Shown one piece after another: positions 37,906-47,231 of a DNA stretch of 56,412 nt (positions are counted from its first letter, which is position 1; every line of letters begins with the position of its first letter). The DNA comes from Candidatus Micrarchaeia archaeon (GTDB taxonomy: Archaea; Micrarchaeota; Micrarchaeia; Micrarchaeales; CABMGC01), in NCBI GenBank assembly GCA_049976305.1, contig JBMFIM010000002.1, forward strand, positions 1-56,412, read 5' to 3'. The notes under the pieces are model-generated. The model ran no database searches, was not told the origin of the DNA, and was given only the letters and a program-made list of their open reading frames with translations. The translations under genes and the position numbers were made by a program.

Positions 37906-38958
37906 CTACAGGTTTGCGCCAGTTATCAGCGCGGCTGTTTTGCCTTTTAGCTTAGATTTTATCTTAGCGTATGCCGCAAGGCTTGCGACTGCCGCAAGCT
38001 CTACCTGTATGCCATAAGCTTGGTAGAAGCGCCTCTGCCATGCAATCATTTCTTTATCAGTTACCGTAAGCAACAGGCCGTTTGTTTTTTCCACAGCTTC
38101 AAGCACCTGCTTGCCGTATGTTGGATAGCCGACCGCTATCGCATCTGCAAGCGTTCTTGGCTTTTCATATTTTATTACGCCGCCTTTGGCATGGACTATT
38201 GGAGCAGAAGAGCTAGCTTGAACGCCAATAAGCTTTGGCACGCGCTTTGCAATGTGCATGGCAACAAGCCTTGAATAAGCTTTGTAAACTGCGCTGAAAA
38301 GCGTGCCGTTGCCTATGGGCATTATTATGTTTTCTATCTCGGCATTCTGGGCGAACAGCTCAAAGCCTATTGTGGACTGGCCTTCTTTCCTATAGCAGTA
38401 ATCGCCGGCAAGAAAGGCGCTGTGCCTCTGAGCATATTCAGCTGCTTCTTGCTGAGCCTTTGTGAAATCGCCGTTTATCAAGTGAAGTTCCGCGTCGTGC
38501 GTGCTCCTTATGTCAAAAAGCTTGTCCTTGTTTGCCCCTTTGCTTATAAATACAGTTGCACGCAGGCCAAAAAGCTTTGCAAAATAGGAAATGGAGTAGG
38601 CCATGTTGCCTGTGGAGGCGCACACAATTTCGTTATAGCCGTATTCGTTGGCCTTCGCAACTTCTATTACCGATCCCCTGTCTTTGAAAGACCGAGTAGG
38701 ATTTTCAAACTCCAGCTTGAGCAAGAGATCTTTGCTTTCATGGCTTTCGATAAGCTTGGTGAAGCCCACCTCATAATGCCTGTACTTTCCATTGGGCATT
38801 AGCGGCTCGAGATCCCAAAAGCCAGATGTGCTGCTTAGCTTGAGGTTAATTTTGCCTTTGTATTCCACTTCAAGAAGACCGCCGCACTTCGGGCAAGTTT
38901 GTGTCTTGCTGCTGCTAAACACAGTGCCACAAGAAAGACATCTGAGCTGGTAGCGCAT
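37906..38958 (-). CDS. thrC: Threonine synthase (short archaeal type with an N-terminal zinc ribbon)
   Basis: MRYQLRCLSCGTVF...CPKCGG and the PLP-lysine motif FENPTRSFKDRGS. ATG 38958 is preferred over the track start at 38988. Confidence 0.85.
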   Translation of the reverse strand: MRYQLRCLSCGTVFSSSKTQTCPKCGGLLEVEYKGKINLKLSSTSGFWDLEPLMPNGKYRHYEVGFTKLIESHESKDLLLKLEFENPTRSFKDRGSVIEVAKANEYGYNEIVCASTGNMAYSISYFAKLFGLRATVFISKGANKDKLFDIRSTHDAELHLINGDFTKAQQEAAEYAQRHSAFLAGDYCYRKEGQSTIGFELFAQNAEIENIIMPIGNGTLFSAVYKAYSRLVAMHIAKRVPKLIGVQASSSAPIVHAKGGVIKYEKPRTLADAIAVGYPTYGKQVLEAVEKTNGLLLTVTDKEMIAWQRRFYQAYGIQVELAAVASLAAYAKIKSKLKGKTAALITGANL

Positions 38959-39070
38959 AATGTAAAATAGAAAGCAAAGTTTAAACAAGCATGCCCAGAT
39001 TTACAGGCAGGTGGCAAGAAAAGGTAAATAAAAGTTAATGTGATAAGTTTAATCGATATTGGGGAATATC

Positions 39071-39361
39071 ATGGAAAGATTAAATGTAGACAGAAGGGAA
39101 TTGTACAAGCAGGTTGCGGCTTACTTAATAGAGTACTTTCTTGGGTTTGATCACAAGACCCACAGAGACGAAATCACGAAGCAATTGAAGCGGACTTCTA
39201 CCACAGATTTGGAAGATTTAATACGCTATTCTGCCGAAAACGAGAAAAAATTTGTAGGGAAATTAGAAGAGATAAGTGAAAAATTTGATAACGTAGAACT
39301 TAAAGAAGCTATAAAGAAAAAGATCAAAGAGCTCAATTACAAAAAGCAAAGGAGGGCCTAA
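39071..39361 (+). CDS. Hypothetical coiled-coil protein
   Basis: About 96 aa from ATG 39071. Charged and helical, with no motif recognised. Confidence 0.4.
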   Translation: MERLNVDRRELYKQVAAYLIEYFLGFDHKTHRDEITKQLKRTSTTDLEDLIRYSAENEKKFVGKLEEISEKFDNVELKEAIKKKIKELNYKKQRRA

Positions 39362-39443
39362 TGAACCAAATTCTGCTATTTGGGCACACCGATGCTTTGT
39401 TTGTTTGAACGTAGCGTTCGCAAAAGCTATAAAAACCATTGCT

Positions 39444-39459
39444 AAATATAATATATAAA
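39444..39459 (+). promoter_or_regulatory. TATA box candidate for the S13-S4-S11 operon
   Basis: AAATATAATATATAAA lies 17-32 nt upstream of ATG 39476, which implies a leaderless or very short-leader mRNA. Confidence 0.4.
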
Positions 39460-39475
39460 CTTCTTGTGTGTTTGA

Positions 39476-40054
39476 ATGGCCGAAGATCAAAAAGCAAAGG
39501 AAAAGGCAAAAAAGCAACCTGCAACGCAGGCAAAGGTAGAAGCAACCAACATAGTGCACATAGCTGGCAAGGACGTTAACGCAAGCTACGACCTTATTCA
39601 TGCCCTCGACGAAATAAAGGGCATAGGCTTCAACCTTGCCAGCGCGTTGGCAAGGGCATTCGCAAGCAGTCAAGGCATACCATATACCACCACAATAGGT
39701 AGCCTTAGCGAACAGCAACTGCAGGCACTAGAGCAGATGATAAAAGAGCCAGGAAAATATGGCATACCCAGCTATATGCTTAACCACAGAAAAGACGCAG
39801 AGACAGGGCTCGACCTTCATTATGTTGGCACTGATCTTACCGTAAGAACAAGGCAGGATATAGAGGCACAGATAAAGCTTGGCACATGGCGTGGATTCAG
39901 GCACCAGTATGGGCAAAGAGTCCGCGGCCAGAGGTCTAGAAGCACTGGCAGAACCGGACCTACTGTAGGAGTCATAAAGAAGAAAGCTGAAGAGGAAGCA
40001 AAGAAGGCAGAAGAAGCTGGCAAGCAGCAGAAAGGCCAGGCTTCAGCAAAGTGA
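39476..40054 (+). CDS. rps13: Ribosomal protein uS13 with Lys/Ala/Glu-rich N- and C-terminal extensions
   Basis: IVHIAGKDVNASYDLIHALDEIKGIGFNLASAL and RGFRHQYGQRVRGQRSRSTGR core. Confidence 0.9.
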   Translation: MAEDQKAKEKAKKQPATQAKVEATNIVHIAGKDVNASYDLIHALDEIKGIGFNLASALARAFASSQGIPYTTTIGSLSEQQLQALEQMIKEPGKYGIPSYMLNHRKDAETGLDLHYVGTDLTVRTRQDIEAQIKLGTWRGFRHQYGQRVRGQRSRSTGRTGPTVGVIKKKAEEEAKKAEEAGKQQKGQASAK

Positions 40055-40063
40055 AGTGGTTAA

Positions 40064-40645
40064 ATGGGAGCTCCTAAAAGATTGAGGAAAAAATACGAAA
40101 CTCCAGGACTCATGTGGAATACGCAGAGAATAGCCAGGCACAACGAGCTTAAAAACAAATACGGCTTGAAAAACATGCGTGAAGTTTGGCTCGCAGAAAG
40201 CGAGCTAAGAAGGATACGTAAGAATGTAAGGAGCATACTGGCTGGCGTGGAGAGCGAAGAGACGGGCAGAGGGATAATAAGAAGGCTTGCGACATATGGA
40301 ATAGTGAGCAGCAATGCAACGCTCGATACCCTGCTAAGCTTGCAGCCTGATGCTTTGCTGGAAAGAAGGCTCCAGACAGTTGTTTACAAAAAAGGTCTTG
40401 CAAGAACGCTCAGGCAGGCGAGGCAGCTCATTACCCATGGATTCATAGCAATAAACGGCAGAAAGGTAACATCGCCAGGCTACATGGTAAGGAGCGACGA
40501 AGAGCATGCAATAGGCTATTATAAGCCCATAGACCTCAATGCAGGAATGGGAGGGGCAACTTCAGGTGCCAGCACGACTCAGAAAGAGGAAGCGATAGCG
40601 GCACAGACTGAGGGCGAAGAGTCTAACACAGAAGAAGGTGAGTAG
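40064..40645 (+). CDS. rps4: Ribosomal protein uS4
   Basis: [13 protein letters not shown] start, and the S4 RNA-binding domain [41 protein letters not shown]. Confidence 0.9.
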   Translation: MGAPKRLRKKYETPGLMWNTQRIARHNELKNKYGLKNMREVWLAESELRRIRKNVRSILAGVESEETGRGIIRRLATYGIVSSNATLDTLLSLQPDALLERRLQTVVYKKGLARTLRQARQLITHGFIAINGRKVTSPGYMVRSDEEHAIGYYKPIDLNAGMGGATSGASTTQKEEAIAAQTEGEESNTEEGE

Positions 40646-40646
40646 G

Positions 40647-41138
40647 ATGGGGGAAAAGAAAAAGAAGGCCGCAAAAGAAGTTAAGCAAGAAGAGGCTGCT
40701 GCAGTCTCATATGAGGAAAAGGTAGCGGAAGCTGCTGAAAAGTACAAGCCTAAAGGGGTAAGATGGGGCGTGGCGCATGTCTACAGCTCCAAAAACGATA
40801 CCATAATAACGCTTACTGATCTTACCGGCGCAGAGACCATAGCCGTAGGAAGCGGCGGTATGATAGTCAAGGCAGACAGAGAGGAAGGTTCGCCTTATGC
40901 TGCAATGCAAGCAGCATACAAGGTTGCCGCAGAGGCTATTGAAAAAGGCATAACACACATAAACATAAAGATAAGGGCGCCTGGCGGGCATGGCGCAAAG
41001 ACCCCAGGGCCTGGAGCCCAGGCAGTTGTCAGGGCTCTCGCAAGAAGCGGATTCAAGATAGGAAGCATAGAAGACGTTACTCCTATACCTACCGATACTA
41101 CAAGAAGACCTGGAGGCAGGAGAGGGAGAAGAGTATAG
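40647..41138 (+). CDS. rps11: Ribosomal protein uS11
   Basis: [22 protein letters not shown]....[60 protein letters not shown] 40647 with GGTGA upstream; GTG 40638 is an alternative. Confidence 0.9.
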   Translation: MGEKKKKAAKEVKQEEAAAVSYEEKVAEAAEKYKPKGVRWGVAHVYSSKNDTIITLTDLTGAETIAVGSGGMIVKADREEGSPYAAMQAAYKVAAEAIEKGITHINIKIRAPGGHGAKTPGPGAQAVVRALARSGFKIGSIEDVTPIPTDTTRRPGGRRGRRV

Positions 41139-41139
41139 T

Positions 41140-42045
41140 TTATACCGCACCCAAAATCTGGAGAAGAAGCGCCAAAGCTACGAGCACCACTCCTATGCTA
41201 AGGTTGTCATCTATGCTTTTGCTTATGCTTTCCACCGCAGCACCAACAAGAGCAAAGAGAATTGAGTAAAGGCCTATAAAGAAATAAGCAATAAAGGCTG
41301 TGATTGCGAAAAAGGCCAATGCGCCTTCGATGCTCTTTTCCTTGGCGTATGGAATCCTGTGCTTATTCCTTATTCTTATTCCTACCAGAGTGGCAGAAGG
41401 ATCCCCAAACATCAATGCAATAAACACTGCTGGAGCAAACTGGTTTGCAAACGCAGCAGCAAGCAGGAGGCTAAACGCAAGCCAAAAGGCGCCGAAGCCA
41501 AAAGGCGCATTGCTTCTTTCAAGCCCCTTGAGAAACTTGGAGAAGTAAGTGGAAGGCGTCATGCTTGCATAAGTTCCCAAAGATAAAGCGGCACAGACTG
41601 CAAAAGTTATGAGCGATAAGGTTATCGAAAGGCCAAAAAACAGTAAAGAGGCAATGAGAAGAACGCCTAAGGAAACATGCAGAATGTCTCTGTTTGACTC
41701 TATTCTGCTAGTTGCCTTATGCTTTTCCCTAGATACCAAAAACTCAGGAAAAAGGCTTAGAAGTGCAAGAAGCAGCATCAAAGGGCTGTAGCCTTTTAGC
41801 AAGAACAGGGCATAGAGTGCGAAAGGCAAAGCTACAAAGTTTGCAGCGCTGCCTATCTCTATCGCAAAGAAAGATAGCAAAACAACTCCTAGAACAAATA
41901 ACTGGATTGGAATGTGGTAAAAGAATGAAGCAAACAGTGCAAGCGACAATGGCGCTACTAACCTCCAAAGCTTCTTAGGAGAAGCATAAGCTACATAGCT
42001 AAGCTCGGCAAGCGAAATGAGCTCTAGAAAGAGAATAGCAAGCAT
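41140..42045 (-). CDS. Polytopic membrane protein of the CTP-dependent polyprenol (dolichol)/phytol kinase / CdsA-like family
   Basis: 301 aa with multiple TM helices. FGDPSATLVGIRIRNKHRIPYAKEKSIEGALAFF resembles the conserved cytidylyltransferase-family motif. Confidence 0.5.
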   Translation of the reverse strand: MLAILFLELISLAELSYVAYASPKKLWRLVAPLSLALFASFFYHIPIQLFVLGVVLLSFFAIEIGSAANFVALPFALYALFLLKGYSPLMLLLALLSLFPEFLVSREKHKATSRIESNRDILHVSLGVLLIASLLFFGLSITLSLITFAVCAALSLGTYASMTPSTYFSKFLKGLERSNAPFGFGAFWLAFSLLLAAAFANQFAPAVFIALMFGDPSATLVGIRIRNKHRIPYAKEKSIEGALAFFAITAFIAYFFIGLYSILFALVGAAVESISKSIDDNLSIGVVLVALALLLQILGAV

Positions 42046-43866
42046 TCACACCACTGCAATGATCCAAGCTGCAACTACAAATGATGCAAGCACGATGAAG
42101 GGCAATATTCTCTTGACAACTGTACGTATGCCCCTAGTAGTCTCCTCCAGTAGCTGATTGACATTTGGGCCCCAAGTCCTTACGTCTGCCATCTGCAAAT
42201 GGGCATAGGAGCATCTAGAAGGCGAAAGATTGCCTATGGCAGAGCCTATTAGCAAGTCCAGCACAGGCAACACCTTCTGCGGAGGCGTGTATCTGCCGAG
42301 AACTGTGCTGGCGTCTTCTGATAGCATGTTTATCGAGTGAGTATCGGTAGTGCATAGTTCTGCCTTCATTCCAAACTTCTCGTTTATGTGCTCAACTACT
42401 GCATGCCTGAAGCTTGGAAGTATGTTGTTTGCGTCGAAGTAAACAAGGCAGAACCTCTGCGTGGAATCGTCTATTACCATTACGCTTGTATACGCGTCGC
42501 CAAGATCCTTTTGCGGGCCAAGCAGGTCTCTGAGGCGCTTGTGGGCAAAGCCAATTCTAAGCCTGCTTCTTCTCTCTTTCTCTATAGCCTGCCTTATTGC
42601 TAGCTTGTAATCTTCTACGAACCTGCTGCTTGGCAGTATACCTTCGAGCTCTTCTTTCGGAGCAGACTCATATCTGGAATTGTGGGCGTCTACAATCACA
42701 ACCGGCTTTTGCAAAATCTGCTCTGCAAACCTTTTCAGTTCAACTCCTACTTGCCTGCTTATGTCCTCTGTAACGTGCGGGGCGCGAGTGAGAACAATTA
42801 GCGAAACCTTGCCAAAGTTTATATCAATCGCCTTGCTGCCATTGTGCTCGCCGAACGAAACCGAGCCGAGGGCAGGGTATGCTTTGCCGCCTATTCCTTT
42901 AACAACATTGTTTGCGATAGCATATACCTCTGAGGTGCTAACAGGATTGTCTTCTATGTTGACTGCGGAGTGAAGAATAAAAGGAGCTGCGTCGTACCTC
43001 TTTGCAACAAGCTCACCCAACCTCCTTGGCGCTATGCTGCCCCCTGCATTTGCAAATGGTCCAAAGTGTATGTCCGGGTTTATAAAAACAGCAGAAATCT
43101 TTGCATTGTTGCTTATGCTTATAACGTCTATTTCCAAAGGCCTTGCATAGGCGACATCCTTGCTTACAAGCTTAGCATCGCTGGAGATGTTGTAAAGCCA
43201 ATAGCTTACCATCGAGCTCATTACATCCAAGCCGCTAGAGCCGAGAAGCTTCTTGGAAGGCCTGTCTACAAAGTAGAGGAAGGCGTATGCAGCAACAAGG
43301 AAAACAAGCATGCTGGCAACAAGCTTAATCAAGGTAGCGTTGATCGGGAAGTTTATGCCGAGAAGATAAAAGGAGAAGGGAATGAAGAAAAGAACGTTCA
43401 GCACAGGCTGTATCGCGGCATAGAATACCACTGCACTTCTCCTTATTCTTATCACCACCTTTCCCATGACAAGCCAGTAGCCGTATATGCCAGCATTGGA
43501 TGCCAGCAATACTATGTTTGCGAGCAGAAAGCTCTTTGAAATTAGGAAAACTGCTGCAAGAAGAAGAAAGGCAAGAAGGTAGAAAGTTGCTATTATCAAA
43601 GTGGAGAAAAGCGCATGTTTCAACGCCATTCTCCTGTTTATGGCCTTTATGGCCAGCACTGTAAGAAATGCAGGCATGCTTATTGTTATAACTCCTATAC
43701 TTGCCCCTATGACCACAAACCTGTAGTCGGAAAGCATGGCTGGGTATTTGCTTATTATTGCCGCAGATGCTCCTGCCAACAAGCCTATGAAAACAAGCAG
43801 CAAAGCTTGCACAAAGCTGCTTGGGGCGTTTATGCGAAAGTAGCTTGTGTAACGTGTCAATTTCAT
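42046..43866 (-). CDS. Large membrane protein (N-terminal multi-TM region plus soluble domain plus C-terminal TM), possibly DUF2070-like
   Basis: 606 aa. The architecture and archaeal size class recall DUF2070. There is no catalytic motif, and the family name comes from memory only. Confidence 0.4.
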   Translation of the reverse strand: MKLTRYTSYFRINAPSSFVQALLLVFIGLLAGASAAIISKYPAMLSDYRFVVIGASIGVITISMPAFLTVLAIKAINRRMALKHALFSTLIIATFYLLAFLLLAAVFLISKSFLLANIVLLASNAGIYGYWLVMGKVVIRIRRSAVVFYAAIQPVLNVLFFIPFSFYLLGINFPINATLIKLVASMLVFLVAAYAFLYFVDRPSKKLLGSSGLDVMSSMVSYWLYNISSDAKLVSKDVAYARPLEIDVISISNNAKISAVFINPDIHFGPFANAGGSIAPRRLGELVAKRYDAAPFILHSAVNIEDNPVSTSEVYAIANNVVKGIGGKAYPALGSVSFGEHNGSKAIDINFGKVSLIVLTRAPHVTEDISRQVGVELKRFAEQILQKPVVIVDAHNSRYESAPKEELEGILPSSRFVEDYKLAIRQAIEKERRSRLRIGFAHKRLRDLLGPQKDLGDAYTSVMVIDDSTQRFCLVYFDANNILPSFRHAVVEHINEKFGMKAELCTTDTHSINMLSEDASTVLGRYTPPQKVLPVLDLLIGSAIGNLSPSRCSYAHLQMADVRTWGPNVNQLLEETTRGIRTVVKRILPFIVLASFVVAAWIIAVV

Positions 43867-43923
43867 GGACTCTACTTCTAAACTAACAAATAACCTTTTA
43901 ACTTTATGTTGTTTTCTGCAGTG

Positions 43924-44625
43924 CTACCTGCCGAACCTCCTTTGCCTCCTTGCATAGTCGCCCAAAGCAAGGTCTAGATCCTTCTTTGTAAAATCAGGCC
44001 AGAGCTTTGGAGAGAAATAAAGCTCGGCATAGGCAGCTTGCCAAGGCATAAAGCCCGAAAGCCTCTCCTCACCAGAAGTTCTTATGACAAGATCCAAATC
44101 GGGCACGCTAGCAGAGAGTAGCATGCTTCTGAATGATTCGGGGCTAGCATCTGCTTGCCTACGGCCCCTGACCAGCAAAGTTTTGGCAAAACGTTTTGCT
44201 GCCTGAAAGATGTCGTCCCTGCCGCCATAGGCTATGAGTAGGTTTATAGTTCTCTTGGTATAAACCCTCGTGTCGTCTTCAAGCTTCTTGAGGGCTTTTT
44301 GCAAAGTGGAAGGCAACATGGCAATGTTGCCCACGCCGATGAGCCTGGTCTCGTTTTTGTGGAGCATGTCTCTTATTCCCTTGTCTGTTAAGACCTTGTG
44401 GTATATACTGAACAATACCTTTTTCTCAGCAAGGGGCCTGTTGAAGTTTTCAGTAGAGAAAGCCCAGACTGTGAGGTTGTTTATGCCATAGTCCTTGCAC
44501 CAGTTTGCGAAGTCTATGAACTTTTGCACGCCTATGTTGTATGCTTTTGCAAAGCTGAGCCCATGCTTTTTTGCCCACCTTCTGTTCCCATCTGGGATTA
44601 AGCCTAATGATGAAGGAAGCTGCAT
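43924..44625 (-). CDS. uppS: cis-Prenyltransferase (undecaprenyl/dolichyl diphosphate synthase family)
   Basis: GLIPDGNRRWAKKHGL, WAFSTENFNRP, LIRTSGEERLSGFMPWQAAYAELYF. Confidence 0.9.
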   Translation of the reverse strand: MQLPSSLGLIPDGNRRWAKKHGLSFAKAYNIGVQKFIDFANWCKDYGINNLTVWAFSTENFNRPLAEKKVLFSIYHKVLTDKGIRDMLHKNETRLIGVGNIAMLPSTLQKALKKLEDDTRVYTKRTINLLIAYGGRDDIFQAAKRFAKTLLVRGRRQADASPESFRSMLLSASVPDLDLVIRTSGEERLSGFMPWQAAYAELYFSPKLWPDFTKKDLDLALGDYARRQRRFGR

Positions 44626-44966
44626 GCAACCTGTTTATGATTTCTTATGAAAAATATTTAAAGGCAAATGTAGCGGCAAAGTAACAAAGCCGATGCGCGA
44701 GAACACTTCTAAAGAGCGCGGTATTTCCCGCTCGCGTTGTTAATTTTTTTGTAAAAAGATTATGCTTCCAGAAAAGCAAGCATAATCGGCAAAGAGTATG
44801 CAATAAATTATGTTTATGTAAATTCAAGGATAGCAAAAGCAAGTCAAGGATGGAGATAATATTGGTGGATTTCACTACTATGTTCGCATGCCTGTTCCAA
44901 AAACCATTCTACTCGGTCATAGAATAGAAAAGCATAAATCTTCTTTTTGAGTAAGCATGTTCGCAA

Positions 44967-45039
44967 GGGGAGTTAGGCTAGCCTGGTAGGCTTTCAGGTT
45001 TGGGACCTGAAGACCCGAGTTCGAATCTCGGACTCCCCG
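44967..45039 (+). tRNA. tRNA-Pro (anticodon UGG)
   Basis: 73-nt hand fold: acceptor GGGGAGU/ACUCCCC, anticodon stem UCAGG/CCUGA with loop UUUGGGA, T arm CCGAG-UUCGAAU-CUCGG. Confidence 0.85.
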
Positions 45040-45050
45040 AAGGTGATATA

Positions 45051-45557
45051 GTGGAGATAAAAGCAAAGCTGAGCATAGAAAATGAAGGCGTAGACATAGA
45101 GAAGGCAAAGGCAGGCTTGCTTAGGATTCTCTCAAGCAACAAGCTGCTAGCGATGGCCACAGTAAATGAGTGCAAGAGCTACGTCAATACAGCCTTCTTC
45201 TGCTTTGACGAATGGCTCAACATATTTCTGCTCAACGATCTCTCCTCGCACCACGTTGCAAACATAGCAAAAAATCCTTCGGTTGCTCTCGCCGTCTATG
45301 ATTCCTCGCAAGGCGTAGCGTCGAAGCGCGAAGGCCTGCAGATATTCGGCAATTGCGAGAAAGCAGAGGGCGAACTAGAGGAAAGAGGAATGCACCTTTA
45401 CCTCGGCCGCTTTCCAGAGTTTGAGCAGTGGCTAAGAGCAAGCGGAAAAGGAATAGACGGTGCAAAGAAGATGGTTTATGTTGTAAAACCGGAGAAGATT
45501 GTGCTATACGACGAGCCTGACTTTGGCCACAAGCTAATAAGCATAAAAATAGAATAG
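45051..45557 (+). CDS. Pyridoxamine 5'-phosphate oxidase-like FMN-binding split-barrel protein
   Basis: LLAMATVNE..SYVNTAFFCFD...FLLNDLSSHHVANIAKNPSVALAVYD pattern. The start is uncertain (GTG 45051 or ATG 45153), and the track start at 45000 lies inside tRNA-Pro. Confidence 0.5.
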   Translation: MEIKAKLSIENEGVDIEKAKAGLLRILSSNKLLAMATVNECKSYVNTAFFCFDEWLNIFLLNDLSSHHVANIAKNPSVALAVYDSSQGVASKREGLQIFGNCEKAEGELEERGMHLYLGRFPEFEQWLRASGKGIDGAKKMVYVVKPEKIVLYDEPDFGHKLISIKIE

Positions 45558-45608
45558 CAATTGGCTTCGGCATATCCCATAATAACTTTCTCTTTTCAAG
45601 TGAACATC

Positions 45609-46121
45609 ATGGAAACCCTTTACCACGTAGACAAGAACGACAGGATCATTGGCAAAGTAGACAGGAAGACCGCACACGAGAAAGGGATATTGCACAGATC
45701 TGGCATAGTGTTCCTGTTCAACAGCGAGGGAAAGGTGCTGATAACACACAGGAACCCTAACAAGGAAACATTCCCAGATAGATATGATGCTTCTGCAGCT
45801 TTTCACGTAAGATACGGCGAGTCCTATATGCAAGCGGCGAAGAGGGAGCTAAAAGAAGAGACCGGAATAAGCGCTAGGGTGCATTATATTGGCAAGTTCG
45901 TACACCACGATGAGCCAGAGCATGAATTCGTGGCGGTGTTCACCGCACACACTGATAAGCGCGTAAAGCTTGATGCTTCTGAGTCCACATCCGGCAGGTT
46001 CTACGATGTGCAGCAGGTAAACGCCATAGTTGCCAATTCAAAAGTAACACCTTGGTTTAAGCTCGGCTGGAAGCTGCTCATGGAAAAGGAAGGTAAACAA
46101 TCCAGCTCAAAAGGAGTTTAA
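45609..46121 (+). CDS. Nudix hydrolase of the IDI-1-like subfamily
   Basis: GILHRSGIVFLFNSEGKVLITHRNPNKETFPDRYD and the Nudix box YGESYMQAAKRELKEETGI. The Cys-containing NSCC-type IDI active-site motif is absent, so isomerase function is not assumed. Confidence 0.6.
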   Translation: METLYHVDKNDRIIGKVDRKTAHEKGILHRSGIVFLFNSEGKVLITHRNPNKETFPDRYDASAAFHVRYGESYMQAAKRELKEETGISARVHYIGKFVHHDEPEHEFVAVFTAHTDKRVKLDASESTSGRFYDVQQVNAIVANSKVTPWFKLGWKLLMEKEGKQSSSKGV

Positions 46122-46150
46122 AACTTTTGGTAAAATTTTTTTGTGATTAA

Positions 46151-46918
46151 ATGAAGGCACTGATACTCTGCGGAGGCTTTGCAAGAAGGCTGTATCCGAT
46201 AAGCGACTTTGTGCCGAAGGCCCTTCTTACGCTGAATGGCGTGCCTTTGGTTGAGTACATTATCTCAAAGCTCGACGGCGTCAAAGGAATGGAAAAGCTC
46301 TACATCTCTACAAACCTTCGTTTCAAGAATCAGTTCGAGTATTGGCTAAACCTCAGGAAGCGGGCAGGTCTTAGCTCAGAATTTTCGCTTATTGTAGAGC
46401 CTTCAACCGATGAAAGCAACAAGTTCGGGGCTGTAAGGGGCATCGCATATGACATAGAAAAGGGCAAGATTAATGATGACCTTCTTATCATCGCCGGAGA
46501 CAACTTCTTCACTTTCGACTTGGCGGAGATGGTGAAGAAAGCAAGCAAGCAGAGGCTTCCTGCAATAATGGTGTATGATGTTAAAGACAAGGAGAAGGCC
46601 AAGAATTTCGGAGTGGTAGCGGTATCTAAGGACCAGACAATCAAGGAGTTCGAGGAAAAGCCACAAAAGCCAAAGTCAACACTCATAAGCACGGGCATAT
46701 ACTATTTGCCAAAGGAATATGTGGGCATGGTAAGAAAATACATAGACGAAACCGGCAAAGGCGACGATATAGGCGAATTCATAAAGTGGCTTGCAAACAG
46801 GGCAAAGGTAATAGCAGTAAAGCCGAAGAAAGGTGAGTGGTTTGACATCGGCACTTTAGACGGCTACCGCGAGCTTTTCCACAAGCATAACAACATCAAG
46901 CACGCACCACGCACTTAA
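46151..46918 (+). CDS. Sugar-1-phosphate nucleotidyltransferase
   Basis: MKALILCGGFARRLYPISDFVPKALL (GxGxR motif), IIAGDNFF, and FGVV...EKP. Confidence 0.8.
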   Translation: MKALILCGGFARRLYPISDFVPKALLTLNGVPLVEYIISKLDGVKGMEKLYISTNLRFKNQFEYWLNLRKRAGLSSEFSLIVEPSTDESNKFGAVRGIAYDIEKGKINDDLLIIAGDNFFTFDLAEMVKKASKQRLPAIMVYDVKDKEKAKNFGVVAVSKDQTIKEFEEKPQKPKSTLISTGIYYLPKEYVGMVRKYIDETGKGDDIGEFIKWLANRAKVIAVKPKKGEWFDIGTLDGYRELFHKHNNIKHAPRT

Positions 46919-47052
46919 ATATAGTGCCAAGCTTGCTGCAATGGCACAACGGCGTGCCAAGCAAACGTTACCTTTGTGAGCAATTGGTGGAATGCTTTGA
47001 ATTGTATGCGACTCGCTTCTGTTTCCTCCTTTACCTGCGCAACACACTAATC

Positions 47053-47061
47053 TATTTAAAT
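47053..47061 (+). promoter_or_regulatory. Candidate TATA box for the 23S rRNA transcription unit
   Basis: TATTTAAAT lies about 150 nt upstream of the processing stem. It has the same TTTAAAT core seen upstream of several CDS in this window. Confidence 0.3.
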
Positions 47062-47209
47062 GTTTCCCAACAAATATATTTCGGTGCTTTGATGCTAGCA
47101 CTGAGCTTGTAAAGGCGCTTATTCGAGAGCGAGCTCTGTGCTTTGCTTTATGAAAATAAGAGGTATAGCCTGCAGGCTCTATGAGATTGCGCTTTGCAAT
47201 TGATTTGAT

Positions 47210-47225
47210 AAGGAGCGAACAGAGA
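47210..47225 (+). repeat. 5' arm of the 23S rRNA processing stem (inverted repeat)
   Basis: AAGGAGCGAACAGAGA is the perfect reverse complement of 50043-50058. Confidence 0.85.
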
Positions 47226-47231
47226 GACTTT

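Noticed and set aside
42970-43539. 189-aa plus-strand ORF, and similar long antisense ORFs (31856-32383, 175 aa; 40707-41150, 147 aa; 12905-13336, 143 aa; 36699-37175, 158 aa; 18024-18449, 141 aa; 25793-26215, 140 aa)
   Set aside because: All are shadow ORFs antisense to well-supported conserved genes: the membrane protein, rpoA', uS11, polB, SRP54, peroxiredoxin and Kae1. Their composition is odd, rich in Cys, Tyr and His.
44645-44875. 76-aa minus-strand ORF in the uppS / tRNA-Pro spacer
   Set aside because: It has no motif, a Leu/His/Lys-rich low-information sequence, and spans the hairpin/T-run region. It is treated as non-coding.
45000-45050. Start of the 185-aa track ORF (MGPEDPSSNLGLPEGDI)
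   Set aside because: It overlaps the 3' half of tRNA-Pro (44967-45039). A downstream GTG 45051 or ATG 45153 is more plausible.
45609-46121. Calling the IDI-1-like Nudix protein an isopentenyl-diphosphate isomerase, given the IPK and prenyltransferases in the window
   Set aside because: The region equivalent to the catalytic Cys motif of type 1 IDI reads DASAAFHVRYGES, with no Cys. I keep only the generic Nudix call.
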